From contig JBBDYC010000008.1 in NCBI GenBank assembly GCA_040901985.1, forward strand, positions 208,490-272,489: a stretch of DNA of 64,000 nucleotides. The letters are read 5' to 3'. Shown piece after piece: positions 1 through 10,094 of this stretch (the stretch's first letter is position 1; each line of letters begins with the position of its first letter). The notes below the pieces were generated by a model that saw only the letters and a list, made by a program, of their open reading frames with translations, was not told the DNA's origin and made no database searches. Position numbers and translations under genes: made by a program. The stretch comes from Gemmatimonadaceae bacterium (lineage in GTDB: Bacteria > Gemmatimonadota > Gemmatimonadetes > Gemmatimonadales > Gemmatimonadaceae).

Positions 1-132
1 CTGTGCCATCGGGCGCGTCGTGTCACCGGTCCAGAAGCGGCCGCCGGTGAGGATGAGGTCGGCCTCCTGTGCCGCCGCGCTGGCGGGGAGGGCGAGAAGG
101 AGGGCGCAGAGTGCGAGGGGGAGTCTGGGCAT
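1..132 (-). CDS. 5' end of a secreted amidohydrolase (YtcJ/Amidohydro_3-like), runs off the window edge
   Basis: Manual translation from ATG at 132: MPRLPLALCALLLALPASAAAQEADLILTGGRFWTGDTTRPMAQ; signal peptide followed by the typical 'ADLIL.GG..WT' amidohydrolase N-terminus. Confidence 0.7.
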   Translation of the reverse strand, partial: MPRLPLALCALLLALPASAAAQEADLILTGGRFWTGDTTRPMAQ

Positions 133-158
133 CCGGGGAATGTGCGCCCCGCCGACGC

Positions 159-1106
159 TCAGCGGAACAGGGCGGCGAGGTCGTCCGGGGACAGGGGCGT
201 GGCCTCGCGCGCGACCCCCCCGAGCTGGGCGGCAAGGCCGAGCACCTCGTGGGCGGAGCGGCCGGCGGCGCGCAGCTCGCGCACACCGGTGTCGCCCGAC
301 GACTTGCTGAGCTTGCTGCCGTCGGGGTGCGTGACGAGCGGATGGTGGAGAAATCGCGGCGGCGTGCTGCGGCCGAGCATCCTCGCCAGGCGGATCTGGC
401 GGCCGGTGGACTCGAGGAGGTCCTCGCCGCGGATCACCACGTCAACGCCTTGCTCAAGGTCGTCCACCACGACGGCGAACTGATACGTGTAGTTGCCGGC
501 GCGGTCGCGGCCGAGGAGATCGCCGCACTGGGCGTCCGGGGCCTGTGTGCGCGCCCCGAGCCGAAGGTCGTCGAACTCCTCTGCCGGTGCGGCGTCGAAC
601 CGGATCCGCCGGGCCGGTGTCGTTGCCGGGTCCACGCGCCGATCCCGGCAGGTCCCGGGGTAGCGCAACTCGTCCGTCGACGCGTCGCTGGCCCTGGCGA
701 TCGTGGCGCGCGAACAGTCGCAGGCAAAGACGAGGCCGTGCCGCTCGAGCTCGTCGAGCCGGGCCGCGTAGCGCGCGACGTTGTCACTCTGTCGCTGCGC
801 CTGGGGGCCGCGGCGAAAGTCGGCGGTCGTCGCGCCGTCGGGCGCGAGGCCGAGCCAGTCGAGGTCGTCAAGCAGCGCGTGCTCGTACTCGGGACGACAG
901 CGTCCGCGGTCGTGGTCCTCGATGCGCAGCAGCACGCGGCCGTCGAACGCGCGGGCGACGCCCCAGACCCAGACGGCGTTCACCACGTGGCCGAGGTGCA
1001 GATATCCGGTCGGCGCGGGCGCGAAGCGCGTGACGAAACCCGGCGCGAGCGCGGCGCGCCAGCGGCGCTTCGCTTCGGCGGAAATCACGCGTCCGTCACG
1101 CGGCAA
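159..1106 (-). CDS. gluQ: tRNA glutamyl-Q(34) synthetase (GluQRS)
   Basis: RFAPAPTGYLHLGH (HIGH), LRIEDHD, Zn ligands CDCSR..YPGTC, RGEDL, KLSKS; about 310 aa with no anticodon domain; start may be GTG at 1088. Confidence 0.88.
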   Translation of the reverse strand: MPRDGRVISAEAKRRWRAALAPGFVTRFAPAPTGYLHLGHVVNAVWVWGVARAFDGRVLLRIEDHDRGRCRPEYEHALLDDLDWLGLAPDGATTADFRRGPQAQRQSDNVARYAARLDELERHGLVFACDCSRATIARASDASTDELRYPGTCRDRRVDPATTPARRIRFDAAPAEEFDDLRLGARTQAPDAQCGDLLGRDRAGNYTYQFAVVVDDLEQGVDVVIRGEDLLESTGRQIRLARMLGRSTPPRFLHHPLVTHPDGSKLSKSSGDTGVRELRAAGRSAHEVLGLAAQLGGVAREATPLSPDDLAALFR

Positions 1107-1595
1107 TCACGCGGCGAGCGCGAGCAGCGCGTCAACGTCCAGCCGGCGCGTGACCATCGCGATGCCGCCCGCTGGGTCGCGCGGCCACTCGGCGCTCGGG
1201 CGGTCCCAGTAGAGCTCGACGCCGTTGCCGTCGGGGTCGTTGAGGTAGATCGCCTCGCTGACGCCGTGGTCGGAGGCGCCGGTGAGCGACACGCCGGCAT
1301 CGCGCGCGCGCTTCACCGCCACCGCGAGGTCGCGGCGCGTCGGGTAGAGGACCGCGACGTGGTAGAGTCCGGTGGTGCCGGGGGCCGGCGGGGGACCACC
1401 GGCACTCTCCCACGTGTTGAGCCCGATGTGATGGTGGTAGCCGCCCGCCGAGATGAACGCTGCCTGTGTGCCGAATCGCTGCTGGAGCTCGAAGCCAAGT
1501 ACACCCTGCCAAAAGGCGAGGGCGCGGTTGAGGTCGGCGACCTTGAGGTGCACGTGGCCGATCGAGGTCTTGGCGGGGATCGTGTAGGCGGTCAT
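1107..1595 (-). CDS. VOC/glyoxalase family protein (CatE-like)
   Basis: IGHVHLKVADL, GGYHHHIGLNTW, GLYHVA, SDHGVSEAIYLNDPDGNGVELY; start trimmed to MTAYT at 1595. Confidence 0.88.
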   Translation of the reverse strand: MTAYTIPAKTSIGHVHLKVADLNRALAFWQGVLGFELQQRFGTQAAFISAGGYHHHIGLNTWESAGGPPPAPGTTGLYHVAVLYPTRRDLAVAVKRARDAGVSLTGASDHGVSEAIYLNDPDGNGVELYWDRPSAEWPRDPAGGIAMVTRRLDVDALLALAA

Positions 1596-1614
1596 CGCGG
1601 GGTCCAGGGCGTAC

Positions 1615-2538
1615 GTGTTCGCATTATGCTTCATCACCACACCAATCCGCGACCTGGCCCCTTTGTCCCCGACCGTTCCCGCCAACCGCGTCACCATCGT
1701 CGAAGTCTCACCGCGCGACGGCCTGCAGAACGAAAAGGCGCGGCTGCCGGCGTCGGCGAAGGTCGAGCTGGTGGACCGGCTCAGCGCCGCCGGCTTCCCG
1801 ACGATCGAGGTCACCGCGTTCGTCTCGGCCAAGGCGGTCCCGCAGCTGGCCGACGCGTCCGAGGTGATGGCGGGGATCCGTCGCGCGCCGGGCGTGCGCT
1901 ACACCGTGCTGGTGCCGAACCTGAAGGGCTTCGAGCGCGCCGTCGCGGCCAACGCCGATGGCATCGTCGTCTTCGGCGCGGCAAGCGAGACCTTCTCGCG
2001 CCGCAACATCAACTGCTCGATCGCCGAGTCCATCGAGCGCTTCCGACCGGTGGTCGCGGCGGCGCGCGCGGCGGGAATCCCGGTCCGCGGCACGATCTCC
2101 TGCGCGCTCGGCTGCCCGTACGAGGGCGATGTCCCGCCGATGGCGGTGGCGCGCGTCGCCGCCGAACTGGCGGCGCTCGGCGTGGACGAATGCTCCGTGG
2201 CCGACACGATCGGCGTCGGGCATCCCGAAGGTACGCGGCTGGTGATGGAGGAGGTCTTCGCGCACTTCGCGCCGACGCGGATCAACGGGCACTTCCACGA
2301 TACGTACGGGCGGGCGCTGGCGAACATCGGCGCCTGTCTGGACCTCGGGATCCGCAGCTTTGACTCTTCAGTGTCGGGACTCGGCGGGTGTCCGTTCGCG
2401 CCCGGGGCCACCGGGAACGTGCCGACCGAGGATGTGCTCGTGCTGATGGCCGAGCGCGGATTCGCGACCGGCGTGAAGCAGGCGGAGGTGCGCGAGACCG
2501 GGCGGTGGATCCGCGCCTTGCTCTCGGCGCGTCAGTAG
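1615..2538 (+). CDS. Hydroxymethylglutaryl-CoA lyase
   Basis: EVSPRDGLQNE, ADTIG, HFHDTYG, GLGGCPFAPGATGNV; true start probably near 1663. Confidence 0.92.
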   Translation: MFALCFITTPIRDLAPLSPTVPANRVTIVEVSPRDGLQNEKARLPASAKVELVDRLSAAGFPTIEVTAFVSAKAVPQLADASEVMAGIRRAPGVRYTVLVPNLKGFERAVAANADGIVVFGAASETFSRRNINCSIAESIERFRPVVAAARAAGIPVRGTISCALGCPYEGDVPPMAVARVAAELAALGVDECSVADTIGVGHPEGTRLVMEEVFAHFAPTRINGHFHDTYGRALANIGACLDLGIRSFDSSVSGLGGCPFAPGATGNVPTEDVLVLMAERGFATGVKQAEVRETGRWIRALLSARQ

Positions 2539-3155
2539 CCGGCGCCGACGCGCTTCCGGAGGTGCTTCCGCTCGGTCAGCTCACGTAACAGGAAGTCGGC
2601 CACGTCCTCGACTGAGATCTTTCGCCCCTTCTCGGGCAGCCGGTCCTCCAGCGTCCGATACACCCCCGTGCGCTCACCGGGCACGATGTCGCCGGTGGCG
2701 ACCATCGTCCACTCAAGGTCGCTGGCGCGCATCGCCTCCCACGCCTCCTTATGGCGCGCACTCACCTTCTTGAAGGCCGCCGGGAACCCCGGTTGATCGT
2801 GGCGCAGCCCGCCGCCCGGTGCGTCGAGGATCCCGCCGCCGGCAACACCGAGCAGGCGCTTCGGGCCCGAGTTCTGCATCGCGCTGACGATGTTGCGCAT
2901 CCCCTGGGACTGCGCCTCGCCGGGGTCCTCGATGCCGGCGCCGCCAAGGCACGAGACCACCGCGTCCACGCCGGCAATGGTGTCGGCAACGGCCTTCCGG
3001 TTGAGCGCGTCGCCCGCGACGATCTCGAGGCCGGGTCGCGGCGAGAGCTTGGCCGGGTCGCGTACCAGCGCGCGGACCGTGTGGAAGTCGGCGAGCGCGT
3101 ACTCGAGGAAGCGGCCGCCGACGCGACCGGTGGCTCCGAACAGGGCGATGTGCAT
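2532..3155 (-). CDS. NAD(P)-binding oxidoreductase (flavin reductase/BVR-B-like)
   Basis: N-terminal Rossmann motif IALFGATGRVG, ALVRDP, ISVEDVA. Confidence 0.85.
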   Translation of the reverse strand: MHIALFGATGRVGGRFLEYALADFHTVRALVRDPAKLSPRPGLEIVAGDALNRKAVADTIAGVDAVVSCLGGAGIEDPGEAQSQGMRNIVSAMQNSGPKRLLGVAGGGILDAPGGGLRHDQPGFPAAFKKVSARHKEAWEAMRASDLEWTMVATGDIVPGERTGVYRTLEDRLPEKGRKISVEDVADFLLRELTERKHLRKRVGAGY

Positions 3156-3184
3156 CCCTACAACCTATGCTATGCTTCGCTGAT

Positions 3185-3622
3185 ATGACGCGCCTCCGCG
3201 CCACGCTCACCGTGGCCGCCACCGCGCTCCTCGCGACCGCCGCGTGCGAGGATCCCGCTCCTCCGTGGGACAGCGAAGTGACGGCCGAGCTGGAGGCCAC
3301 CAGTTATGTGGTCGGCGACACGGCGACTGTGCAGTTCGTCAACGCCTCGAGCGAGCCGCGGTACTTCGTTCCCTGCTGGGCCGCGGGCCGCCTGGAGTCC
3401 GGCGTCTGGGAGTTCTTCCAGCCGGGGTCGAGCGCCTGTTCGTCGGTGCCCGGCGTCGAGATCGCGCCGGGCGGGACGCTCGCCCGGGAATTCAAGATTT
3501 GGCTCGACGACGCCGGCGATCGCGCGACGGGCACGTTCCGGTACACGTTCTACATCCGGGCGGGCCCCGGGTACGAATCCGAGACCGAAGCCGTGGCCAC
3601 CGAGGCCTTCGTCGTCAACTGA
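3185..3622 (+). CDS. Hypothetical lipoprotein, probably Ig-like beta-sandwich
   Basis: Signal peptide with lipobox TAAC, beta-rich body, Cys pair. Confidence 0.65.
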   Translation: MTRLRATLTVAATALLATAACEDPAPPWDSEVTAELEATSYVVGDTATVQFVNASSEPRYFVPCWAAGRLESGVWEFFQPGSSACSSVPGVEIAPGGTLAREFKIWLDDAGDRATGTFRYTFYIRAGPGYESETEAVATEAFVVN

Positions 3623-3625
3623 GGC

Positions 3626-4756
3626 CTACGCCACGCCCGCCGGTTGCGCGAACGCCGGCGCCATCAAGCCCGTCTTCGAGCGTCCGTGCGGATCCTGCTT
3701 GGCACGGATGGCATTCACCATCTCGAGCGCCGTCTGCGTCACCGGCGGCAGCGTGAGATCGCTTGTGCCGAGTGGCGTCACCCGCTCGCCCCACTTCACG
3801 AGCAGGGAGCAGTAGGTCAGGCCGCCGCCGAACGCCGGCATCAGCATCCAGCTTCCCGGCGTCACGCGCCCCAGCTCCAACGCCTCGACCAGCGCCACCG
3901 GAACGGTGGCGGCGCTCATATTGCCGTACTTCTGCACGGTCACGATCACCTTCTCCATCGGGATGCCGGCGTACTTCGCCACCGCCTCGATGATGCGGAG
4001 GTTCGCCTGGTGCGGGATCACGAGCGACACGTCCTCGGGCGCCACGCCCTGCTCGCGCAGGACTCGCACCGAGGCCTCGGCCATCGCGTGCACGGCGCGC
4101 TTGAAGATCACCGAGCCGTCGAAGTCCCAGAGCGTGTCGCCGAACGTGATGCCGAGTCCGGCGTAGCCGCAGCCGAAGCCGCGTACCCGGAGCGAGTCCC
4201 GCGCCTCGGCGTCGCACCCGAGCACCGAGCCGAGCATCCCTTCCTCCTTTTCGATGGACTGCAGGACCACCGCGGCCGCGCCGTCGCCGAAGAGCACCGC
4301 CACGTTGCGGTTGCTCCAGTCCATATATCGGCTGATCAGTTCGACGCCGATCACGACGGCGTTGCGGACCATTCCGGTGCGAATCATCGCGGTGGCGGTG
4401 GCGAGGCCGTAGCAAAAGCTGGTACAGGCGGTGTTCAGGTCTATTGACGCGGCGCGCCTGGCGCCGAGCGCGAGCTGGACGCCTGACGAACTATTGGGGC
4501 AGAGTTCCTCGTTGCTGACGCCACCGTAGATGATGAGGTCCACGTCGGTGGCGTCGAGGCCGGCGCAGGCCAACGCGCGCGACGCGGCGATGGTGGACAT
4601 CTCGACCGCGCTGACGTGCGAGACGCGCCGCTCCTTCATCCCGGTGCGCGAGACGATCCACTCGTCATTCGTGTCGAGGAACGTCGCGAGGTCCTCGTTG
4701 GTGAGGACCGCGGGGGGCATGCAGGCGCCCCAGCCGGTGATGGACGCGAAGGTCAT
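3626..4756 (-). CDS. fabH: 3-oxoacyl-ACP synthase III (FabH family) with C-terminal extension
   Basis: DLNTACTSF (Cys), LFGDGA, PHQANLRII (His), YGNMSAAT (Asn). Confidence 0.85.
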   Translation of the reverse strand: MTFASITGWGACMPPAVLTNEDLATFLDTNDEWIVSRTGMKERRVSHVSAVEMSTIAASRALACAGLDATDVDLIIYGGVSNEELCPNSSSGVQLALGARRAASIDLNTACTSFCYGLATATAMIRTGMVRNAVVIGVELISRYMDWSNRNVAVLFGDGAAAVVLQSIEKEEGMLGSVLGCDAEARDSLRVRGFGCGYAGLGITFGDTLWDFDGSVIFKRAVHAMAEASVRVLREQGVAPEDVSLVIPHQANLRIIEAVAKYAGIPMEKVIVTVQKYGNMSAATVPVALVEALELGRVTPGSWMLMPAFGGGLTYCSLLVKWGERVTPLGTSDLTLPPVTQTALEMVNAIRAKQDPHGRSKTGLMAPAFAQPAGVA

Positions 4757-4779
4757 GGTCGGGTCGGAAAAGGCGTGGG

Positions 4780-5181
4780 TCAGCTCGCAGGGACGACAGC
4801 CGTGGCCTCGATCTCGACCACCGCCCCTGGTTCCATAAGAGATGATACCTCAACCGCGGTCATCGCGGGGAAGTGGCGGCCGATCACCTCGCGGTACGCG
4901 GCGCCAAGTGGCTCGGCGGCCGCCTGATACGCGGCGCGGTCGGTGACGTACCAAGTGAGTCGCACGAGATGCTCGGGGCGCGCGCCGTCGGCGGCGAGGA
5001 TCGCGACGATGTTCGCCAGCGCTTGGCGGGCCTGGGCGACGAGATTCGGCCCGACGAGCCGTTGGCTGGCATTCCAGCCGACCTGGCCGGCGACGAAGAT
5101 GGTGCGGCCGGTCGCCGCGATGCCGTTGGCGTAGCCGCGCGGCCGCGGCCAGCCGTCCGGCTGGAGGTTGCGATGACTCAC
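4780..5181 (-). CDS. RidA/YjgF family protein
   Basis: PRGYANG, FVAGQVG, HFPAMTAVEV, VEIEATAV; GTG start overlaps the ligase stop. Confidence 0.88.
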   Translation of the reverse strand: MSHRNLQPDGWPRPRGYANGIAATGRTIFVAGQVGWNASQRLVGPNLVAQARQALANIVAILAADGARPEHLVRLTWYVTDRAAYQAAAEPLGAAYREVIGRHFPAMTAVEVSSLMEPGAVVEIEATAVVPAS

Positions 5182-6839
5182 GAGGTCTCCTTGAGACGGA
5201 AGCGCTGCAGCTTGCCGGTGTCGGTCTTGGGCAGCGCGCTGACAAACTCGACCACCCGCGGATACTTGTACGGGGCGATCGTCGCCTTCACGAAATCCTG
5301 GATCGCGCGCTTCAGCGCGTCCGACGCCGTGACATCCGGCTTGAGCACGACGAACGCCTTCACCGCCTGGCCGCGGTCCTCGTCCGGCACGCCGACCACG
5401 GCACACTCGGCCACGGCGTCGTGCTGCAGCACGGCGGCCTCGACCTCCGGCGCGCCGATGTTGTAGCCGGCCGAGAGGATCAAGTCGTCGGTCCGTGCCT
5501 TGAAGAAGACATAACCGTCGGCGTCCATCGTCACGGCGTCGCCGGTGAGGTTCCAGCCGCGCTGGACGTAGTCGCGCTGGCGCCCGTCGTTCAGGTAGCG
5601 GCATCCGGTGGGGCCGCGGACGGCGAGCCGGCCGACCGCGCCGGTTGGCACCGGATCGAGCGCGTCATCGAGGATTGCGACCGTGTAACCCGGGACGGCA
5701 CGGCCGATCGCCCCGTGGCGCACCTCCGGTCCCGCAGCGGCAATGAAGATATGCATCAGCTCCGTCGCCCCGATGCCGTCGAGCATCTCGATCCCGGTGG
5801 CGTCGCGCCAGAGCGTGCGCGTGGCGTCGGGGAGCGCCTCGCCCGCCGACACCGATGCGCGGAGCGAGCCGGTGGACCACCGCCCGGGCTCGCGCCCGAT
5901 CGTCAGCGCCATCTGCCGGTAGAAGGTGGGCGCGGTGAAGCTCACGGTGGCGCCGGTGGCCTGGATCGCATCGAGGAGCGAGTCGGGCGTCGCCTTCTCG
6001 ACGAGAATTGCGGCGCCGCGCGCGGCGAGCGGAAAGCAGAGGAGGCCGCCGAGTCCGAAGGTGAAGGCGAGCGGCGGCGTACCGATGCAACGGTCCGTGC
6101 CGGACGTGCGAAGGACCTGCGCCGAGAATCCGTCGCACATCGCCATCACGTCGCGATGAAAGTGCATGCAGCCCTTGGGCACGCCTGTGGTGCCGGAGGT
6201 GAAGGCAATCAGGCAGACGTCGTCGCGGCTGGTGGCGACGACGGGAAAGGGCGCGGAGCGGCGCGCCGTGAGCGCCTCGAGTCCGTCGTCGGCGTCGGTC
6301 CCCCAGCAGTGAATTGCGGTGAGCGTGGTGGGCGCCGCCGCCGCGACGCGGAGTTCGTCCGCCAGTCGCGCGTCGCAGAGGGCGGCGGCGCACTGCGCGC
6401 GCTCGATGATCACGCGCAGTTCCTTGGTGCGCAGGAGCGGCATCGTCGTGACGGCGACCAGTCCCGCCTTGATGGTGGCGAGCCAGGCCGCCGCCATCCA
6501 GCGGCCGTTGAAGCCGCGGAGGAGGACACGGTTTCCCGGTACGAGGCCGAGGTTGCTGGCGAGCACGTGAGCGAGCGCATCCACCTGCGCGGCGAGTTCG
6601 GCGTAGGTCGTGTCGGCCCAGCCGCCGGCGCCGTCCGGCGTGACGAGGGCCACGCGGTCGCCGTGTCCGTCGCTGAGCGCGCGGTCGAGGAGCTGCTCGG
6701 CGGCGTTGAGCGTCGGCGGGTAATCGTACGGCCCGTCGAGGAGCATCACCGGCCACTCCTCGGCCGGCGGGAGTTGCTTGCGTGGCCAGTGGTCCAGGTG
6801 CGCGCTCGGGAGGAGATCGCGGGGAGCGGCGGTCGGCAT
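5178..6839 (-). CDS. abmG: 2-aminobenzoate-CoA ligase (benzoate-CoA ligase family)
   Basis: AMP-binding FTSGTTGVPKG, DGIGATE, YKYPR, TGKLQRF; operon context. Confidence 0.85.
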   Translation of the reverse strand: MPTAAPRDLLPSAHLDHWPRKQLPPAEEWPVMLLDGPYDYPPTLNAAEQLLDRALSDGHGDRVALVTPDGAGGWADTTYAELAAQVDALAHVLASNLGLVPGNRVLLRGFNGRWMAAAWLATIKAGLVAVTTMPLLRTKELRVIIERAQCAAALCDARLADELRVAAAAPTTLTAIHCWGTDADDGLEALTARRSAPFPVVATSRDDVCLIAFTSGTTGVPKGCMHFHRDVMAMCDGFSAQVLRTSGTDRCIGTPPLAFTFGLGGLLCFPLAARGAAILVEKATPDSLLDAIQATGATVSFTAPTFYRQMALTIGREPGRWSTGSLRASVSAGEALPDATRTLWRDATGIEMLDGIGATELMHIFIAAAGPEVRHGAIGRAVPGYTVAILDDALDPVPTGAVGRLAVRGPTGCRYLNDGRQRDYVQRGWNLTGDAVTMDADGYVFFKARTDDLILSAGYNIGAPEVEAAVLQHDAVAECAVVGVPDEDRGQAVKAFVVLKPDVTASDALKRAIQDFVKATIAPYKYPRVVEFVSALPKTDTGKLQRFRLKETS

Positions 6840-6854
6840 CGGCGCGTCGTCCTC

Positions 6855-8030
6855 CTACTTCCCTGTGGTGGCGGCCTTCAGCATCTCGCGCCCGACGAGC
6901 AGGCGCTGCACCTCGGTGGCGCCTTCGTAGATGCGGAGCGCACGGATGTCGCGGTAGAGCCGCTCGACGACGCCGCCGACGCGCACCCCCTCGCCGCCGT
7001 GGAGCTGCACCGCGCGGTCAACGATGCGCTGCGCGGACTCCGTCGCGGCGAGCTTTGCCATCGCCGCGACGTCGGTCGTCCGGCCGTCCTGCGTGTCGCG
7101 CTGCCAGGCGGCGCGGTAGGTCAGCAGCGCCGCCGCGTCGAGCTCGGTGGCCATGTCGCCGATGATCGCCTGGGCGAGCGGTTGCGCGCCGAGCGTCGTC
7201 CCGAGCATCACGCGGGCATTGGCGTGGCGCAGCGTCTCGCGCAAGGCGCGGCGGGCAAACCCGACGGCCGCCGCCGCCACCGACGTGCGGAAGATGTCGA
7301 GCGTGCGCATCGCCAGTTTGAAGCCGTCACCCTCGTCGCCCAGCCGGTGCGACTCGGGGACAGAGCAGCCGTCGAACCGCAGCGTCGCCAGCGGGTGCGG
7401 TGAGATCACGGTGATCCGCTCCTCGACAATCAGTCCCGGCGTCCTGGCCGGCACGAGGAAGGCCGAGATCCCCTTGGCGCCGGTGGGCATCGCGTCGGAG
7501 CGCGCGAAAACGCAATAGAAGTCGGCGATCCCGCCATTGGAGATCCAGGTCTTGGTGCCGGTGATCGCCCAGCCGTCCGCCGTGCGCGTGGCGCGCGTCC
7601 GCAGCGCGCCGACGTCGGAGCCGGCCTCGGGTTCCGAGAGGGCGAAGGCGGCAATCGCCTCGCCGCGCGCGACCCGCGGCAACCACGCCCGCCGGAGCCC
7701 GTCGTCGCCGCCGAGGGTGAGCGCGCCCGAGCCGAGCCCCTGCATGGCGAATGCGAAGTCGGCGAGCGCATCCTCCGCGGCGAGCGCCTCCCGGATGATG
7801 CAGAGCGCGCGCGAGTCTATCGTGTCGAGGGCGCCGCCGAACTCGGCCGGCACGCAGTAGCGGAGGAGCCCGACGCCGCCGAGCCGCTGCACCCACTCGC
7901 GCGCGGCGTCGTCGGTGTCGGCGGCGACGACACGCTGGTCGCGCGCCCAGTCGGCGGCGAGGGCGGCGAGCGCACGGTGCGCCTCGGTGAAGAAGGGCCA
8001 GGCGAGATGCGGGGCGGGGGCGGTGGCCAT
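6855..8030 (-). CDS. Acyl-CoA dehydrogenase
   Basis: [36 protein letters not shown]; start trimmed to MATAPA at 8030. Confidence 0.92.
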   Translation of the reverse strand: MATAPAPHLAWPFFTEAHRALAALAADWARDQRVVAADTDDAAREWVQRLGGVGLLRYCVPAEFGGALDTIDSRALCIIREALAAEDALADFAFAMQGLGSGALTLGGDDGLRRAWLPRVARGEAIAAFALSEPEAGSDVGALRTRATRTADGWAITGTKTWISNGGIADFYCVFARSDAMPTGAKGISAFLVPARTPGLIVEERITVISPHPLATLRFDGCSVPESHRLGDEGDGFKLAMRTLDIFRTSVAAAAVGFARRALRETLRHANARVMLGTTLGAQPLAQAIIGDMATELDAAALLTYRAAWQRDTQDGRTTDVAAMAKLAATESAQRIVDRAVQLHGGEGVRVGGVVERLYRDIRALRIYEGATEVQRLLVGREMLKAATTGK

Positions 8031-8032
8031 GC

Positions 8033-8830
8033 TCAGTTCCCCTCGAAGGTCGGTGTGCGCTTGGCCGCGAAGGCCTCGAACGCCCGCCGGAAGTCGTTCG
8101 TGCGCATACACGCCGCCTGGGCCTGCGCCTCCATCTCCAGCGCGTCGGACAGACTGGCGTTCCACTCCTGCACGAGCATCCGCTTGGTCATCGCGTGGGC
8201 AAGCGTCGGGCCGTTCGCCAGCTCGGCGGCACGGCGCTGGGCCTCGGCGAGCACGAGCTCCGGCGGTACGATGGCATTGTAGAATCCCCACCGCTCGCCC
8301 TCGGCGGCGTCCATCGTGCGGCCGGTGAGGAGGAGCTCGGCGGCGCGCCCTTGGCCGATGATCCGGGGGAGGATCGCGCAGGCGCCCATATCGCAGCCGG
8401 CGAGCCCGACGCGAGTGAAGAGAAACGACGTCCGCGCGGCCGGCGTGGCGATCCGCAGGTCCGACGCCATCGCGAGGATCGCCCCGGCGCCGGCGGCGAC
8501 GCCGTCCACCGCGGCGATCACCGGCTGCGGGCAGGTCATCATTGCCTCGACCAGCGCGCCGGTCATCCGCGTGAACTCGAGCAGCTGTGCATCGGACATC
8601 TTCGTCAGCGGCTCGATGATCTCGTGGACGTCGCCGCCTGAGCAGAAGTTGCCACCGGCGCCGGTGAGGACCACCGCCCGCACGGTGGGGTCGGCCGGCA
8701 ACGCGCGGAAGTGGTCGCGGAGTTCGGCGTACGACGCGAAGGTCAGCGGGTTCTTCCGCTCCGGGCGGTCGAGCGTGATGGTGAGCACCTTGCCGTCGGC
8801 GCTGGTGTCGGTGCGGTAGTGCGTGCTCAT
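8033..8830 (-). CDS. Enoyl-CoA hydratase/isomerase family protein
   Basis: [27 protein letters not shown]. Confidence 0.92.
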   Translation of the reverse strand: MSTHYRTDTSADGKVLTITLDRPERKNPLTFASYAELRDHFRALPADPTVRAVVLTGAGGNFCSGGDVHEIIEPLTKMSDAQLLEFTRMTGALVEAMMTCPQPVIAAVDGVAAGAGAILAMASDLRIATPAARTSFLFTRVGLAGCDMGACAILPRIIGQGRAAELLLTGRTMDAAEGERWGFYNAIVPPELVLAEAQRRAAELANGPTLAHAMTKRMLVQEWNASLSDALEMEAQAQAACMRTNDFRRAFEAFAAKRTPTFEGN

Positions 8831-9321
8831 CGGGTGTCCCTCGAGGGGCGGAAGCGCTGCTTGAGCGTGCCGAGGGCAGCGTGCAGCGCGCGGCGTTCGG
8901 TGGCGGAGAGTCCGTCGAAGAGTCCGGCAATGAGGCGCTCGTGCGCGCGCGCCATCGTGGTGAAGTGGCGGCGACCGGCGGCCGTGAGGCGGACCAACGT
9001 GGCGCGGCCGTCGTCGGGGGCGGGACGGCGCTTCACCAGGCCCTCGCGCTCCAGCGCGGCGACGAGCGACGTCACGTTGCCGCCGGTGGTGAGGATGCGC
9101 GCCGAGAGCTCGCCCATCCGCAGGCCGTCGGGGGAGCGGAAGAGCTGCGCGAGGAGGTCGAACCGCGGCAGCGTGGACGCGAAGTCGCGGCGCAGCGTGC
9201 TGTCCACGACCCGTTCAATCATCGTCGTGCAGGTGAAGAGGCGGAGCCAGAGCCGCAACGCCTCGTGGTCGTCGCGGTCAAGGCGCGTCTCGGGATCGGT
9301 CGTCGTCGCCGGTGCGGTCAT
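8827..9321 (-). CDS. MarR family transcriptional regulator
   Basis: [17 protein letters not shown], wHTH GNVT..V..LE..GLV.R, DGR..V.LT..G. Confidence 0.9.
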   Translation of the reverse strand: MTAPATTTDPETRLDRDDHEALRLWLRLFTCTTMIERVVDSTLRRDFASTLPRFDLLAQLFRSPDGLRMGELSARILTTGGNVTSLVAALEREGLVKRRPAPDDGRATLVRLTAAGRRHFTTMARAHERLIAGLFDGLSATERRALHAALGTLKQRFRPSRDTR

Positions 9322-10094
9322 CGCGTGTCGAGCCCCATCAGGATGGTCGTCTGGCCGGTCGTCGCGCCGGCCGCCGGAACGCAGAACGCGAACACGGCGT
9401 CCGCCACTTCCTGCGGCAGCACCATCCGCGGCTGGCCGGCGTCGGCGAGGATCATCCGCTTCGCCTCGTCAGTGTCGCGCCCGGTCTTCGCCGAGATCCG
9501 TGCAAGCGACTCGCTGACGAGGTCGGTCTCGGTGTAGCCCGGGCAGACCGCGTTCACCGTGATGCCCTTCGATGCGAATTCCATCGCCAGCGCGCGGGTG
9601 AGTCCCACCAGCGCGTGCTTGGCGGCAACGTAGTGCGCCACGTAGGGCGCGCCGTGGAGCCCGGCGATGCTGGCGACGTTGACGATCCGCCCGCGGCCGC
9701 GCTCGATCATCGCCGGCAACACCGCCTGCGCCGTGTGCACCGCGCCCATCACGTGCACACCAAACATCTGCGTGAACAACGCCGGGTCAGCACGGAGGAA
9801 CGGCACCGTTTCCACCGAGCCGGCGTTGTTCACCAGGATGTCCACCGGGCCAAGCGCGTCGGCGGCGGCGGCGTAGGCACGGCGCACCGCGTCGCGGTCG
9901 CTGATGTCGCCGACGACGACGACCTGCGACCGGCCCGGCAGCTCCGCGGCGACGCGCTCGGCCGCCGAGCGGTCGCGGACCATCAGCGTGACCGACGTCC
10001 CCGCCGCGGCGAGCGTCCGCGCCACGCTCGCCCCGATCCCGCGATTGGCGCCGGTGACGAGCGCGTGCTGGCCGGCGATCACCTGGGCGGTCAC
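9318..10094 (-). CDS. SDR family oxidoreductase (3-hydroxyacyl-CoA dehydrogenase-like)
   Basis: [23 protein letters not shown]. Confidence 0.92.
   Translation of the reverse strand: MTAQVIAGQHALVTGANRGIGASVARTLAAAGTSVTLMVRDRSAAERVAAELPGRSQVVVVGDISDRDAVRRAYAAAADALGPVDILVNNAGSVETVPFLRADPALFTQMFGVHVMGAVHTAQAVLPAMIERGRGRIVNVASIAGLHGAPYVAHYVAAKHALVGLTRALAMEFASKGITVNAVCPGYTETDLVSESLARISAKTGRDTDEAKRMILADAGQPRMVLPQEVADAVFAFCVPAAGATTGQTTILMGLDTR

Noticed and set aside
69..2363. 764-aa plus-strand ORF, and similar long ORFs at 5421-7403, 10190-12502, 13576-15549, 19177-21702, 27434-29503, 41416-43350, 46844-49930 and 50331-52394
   Set aside because: Antisense shadow ORFs of well-supported genes, expected in high-GC DNA; Arg/Gly/Ala-rich with no motifs
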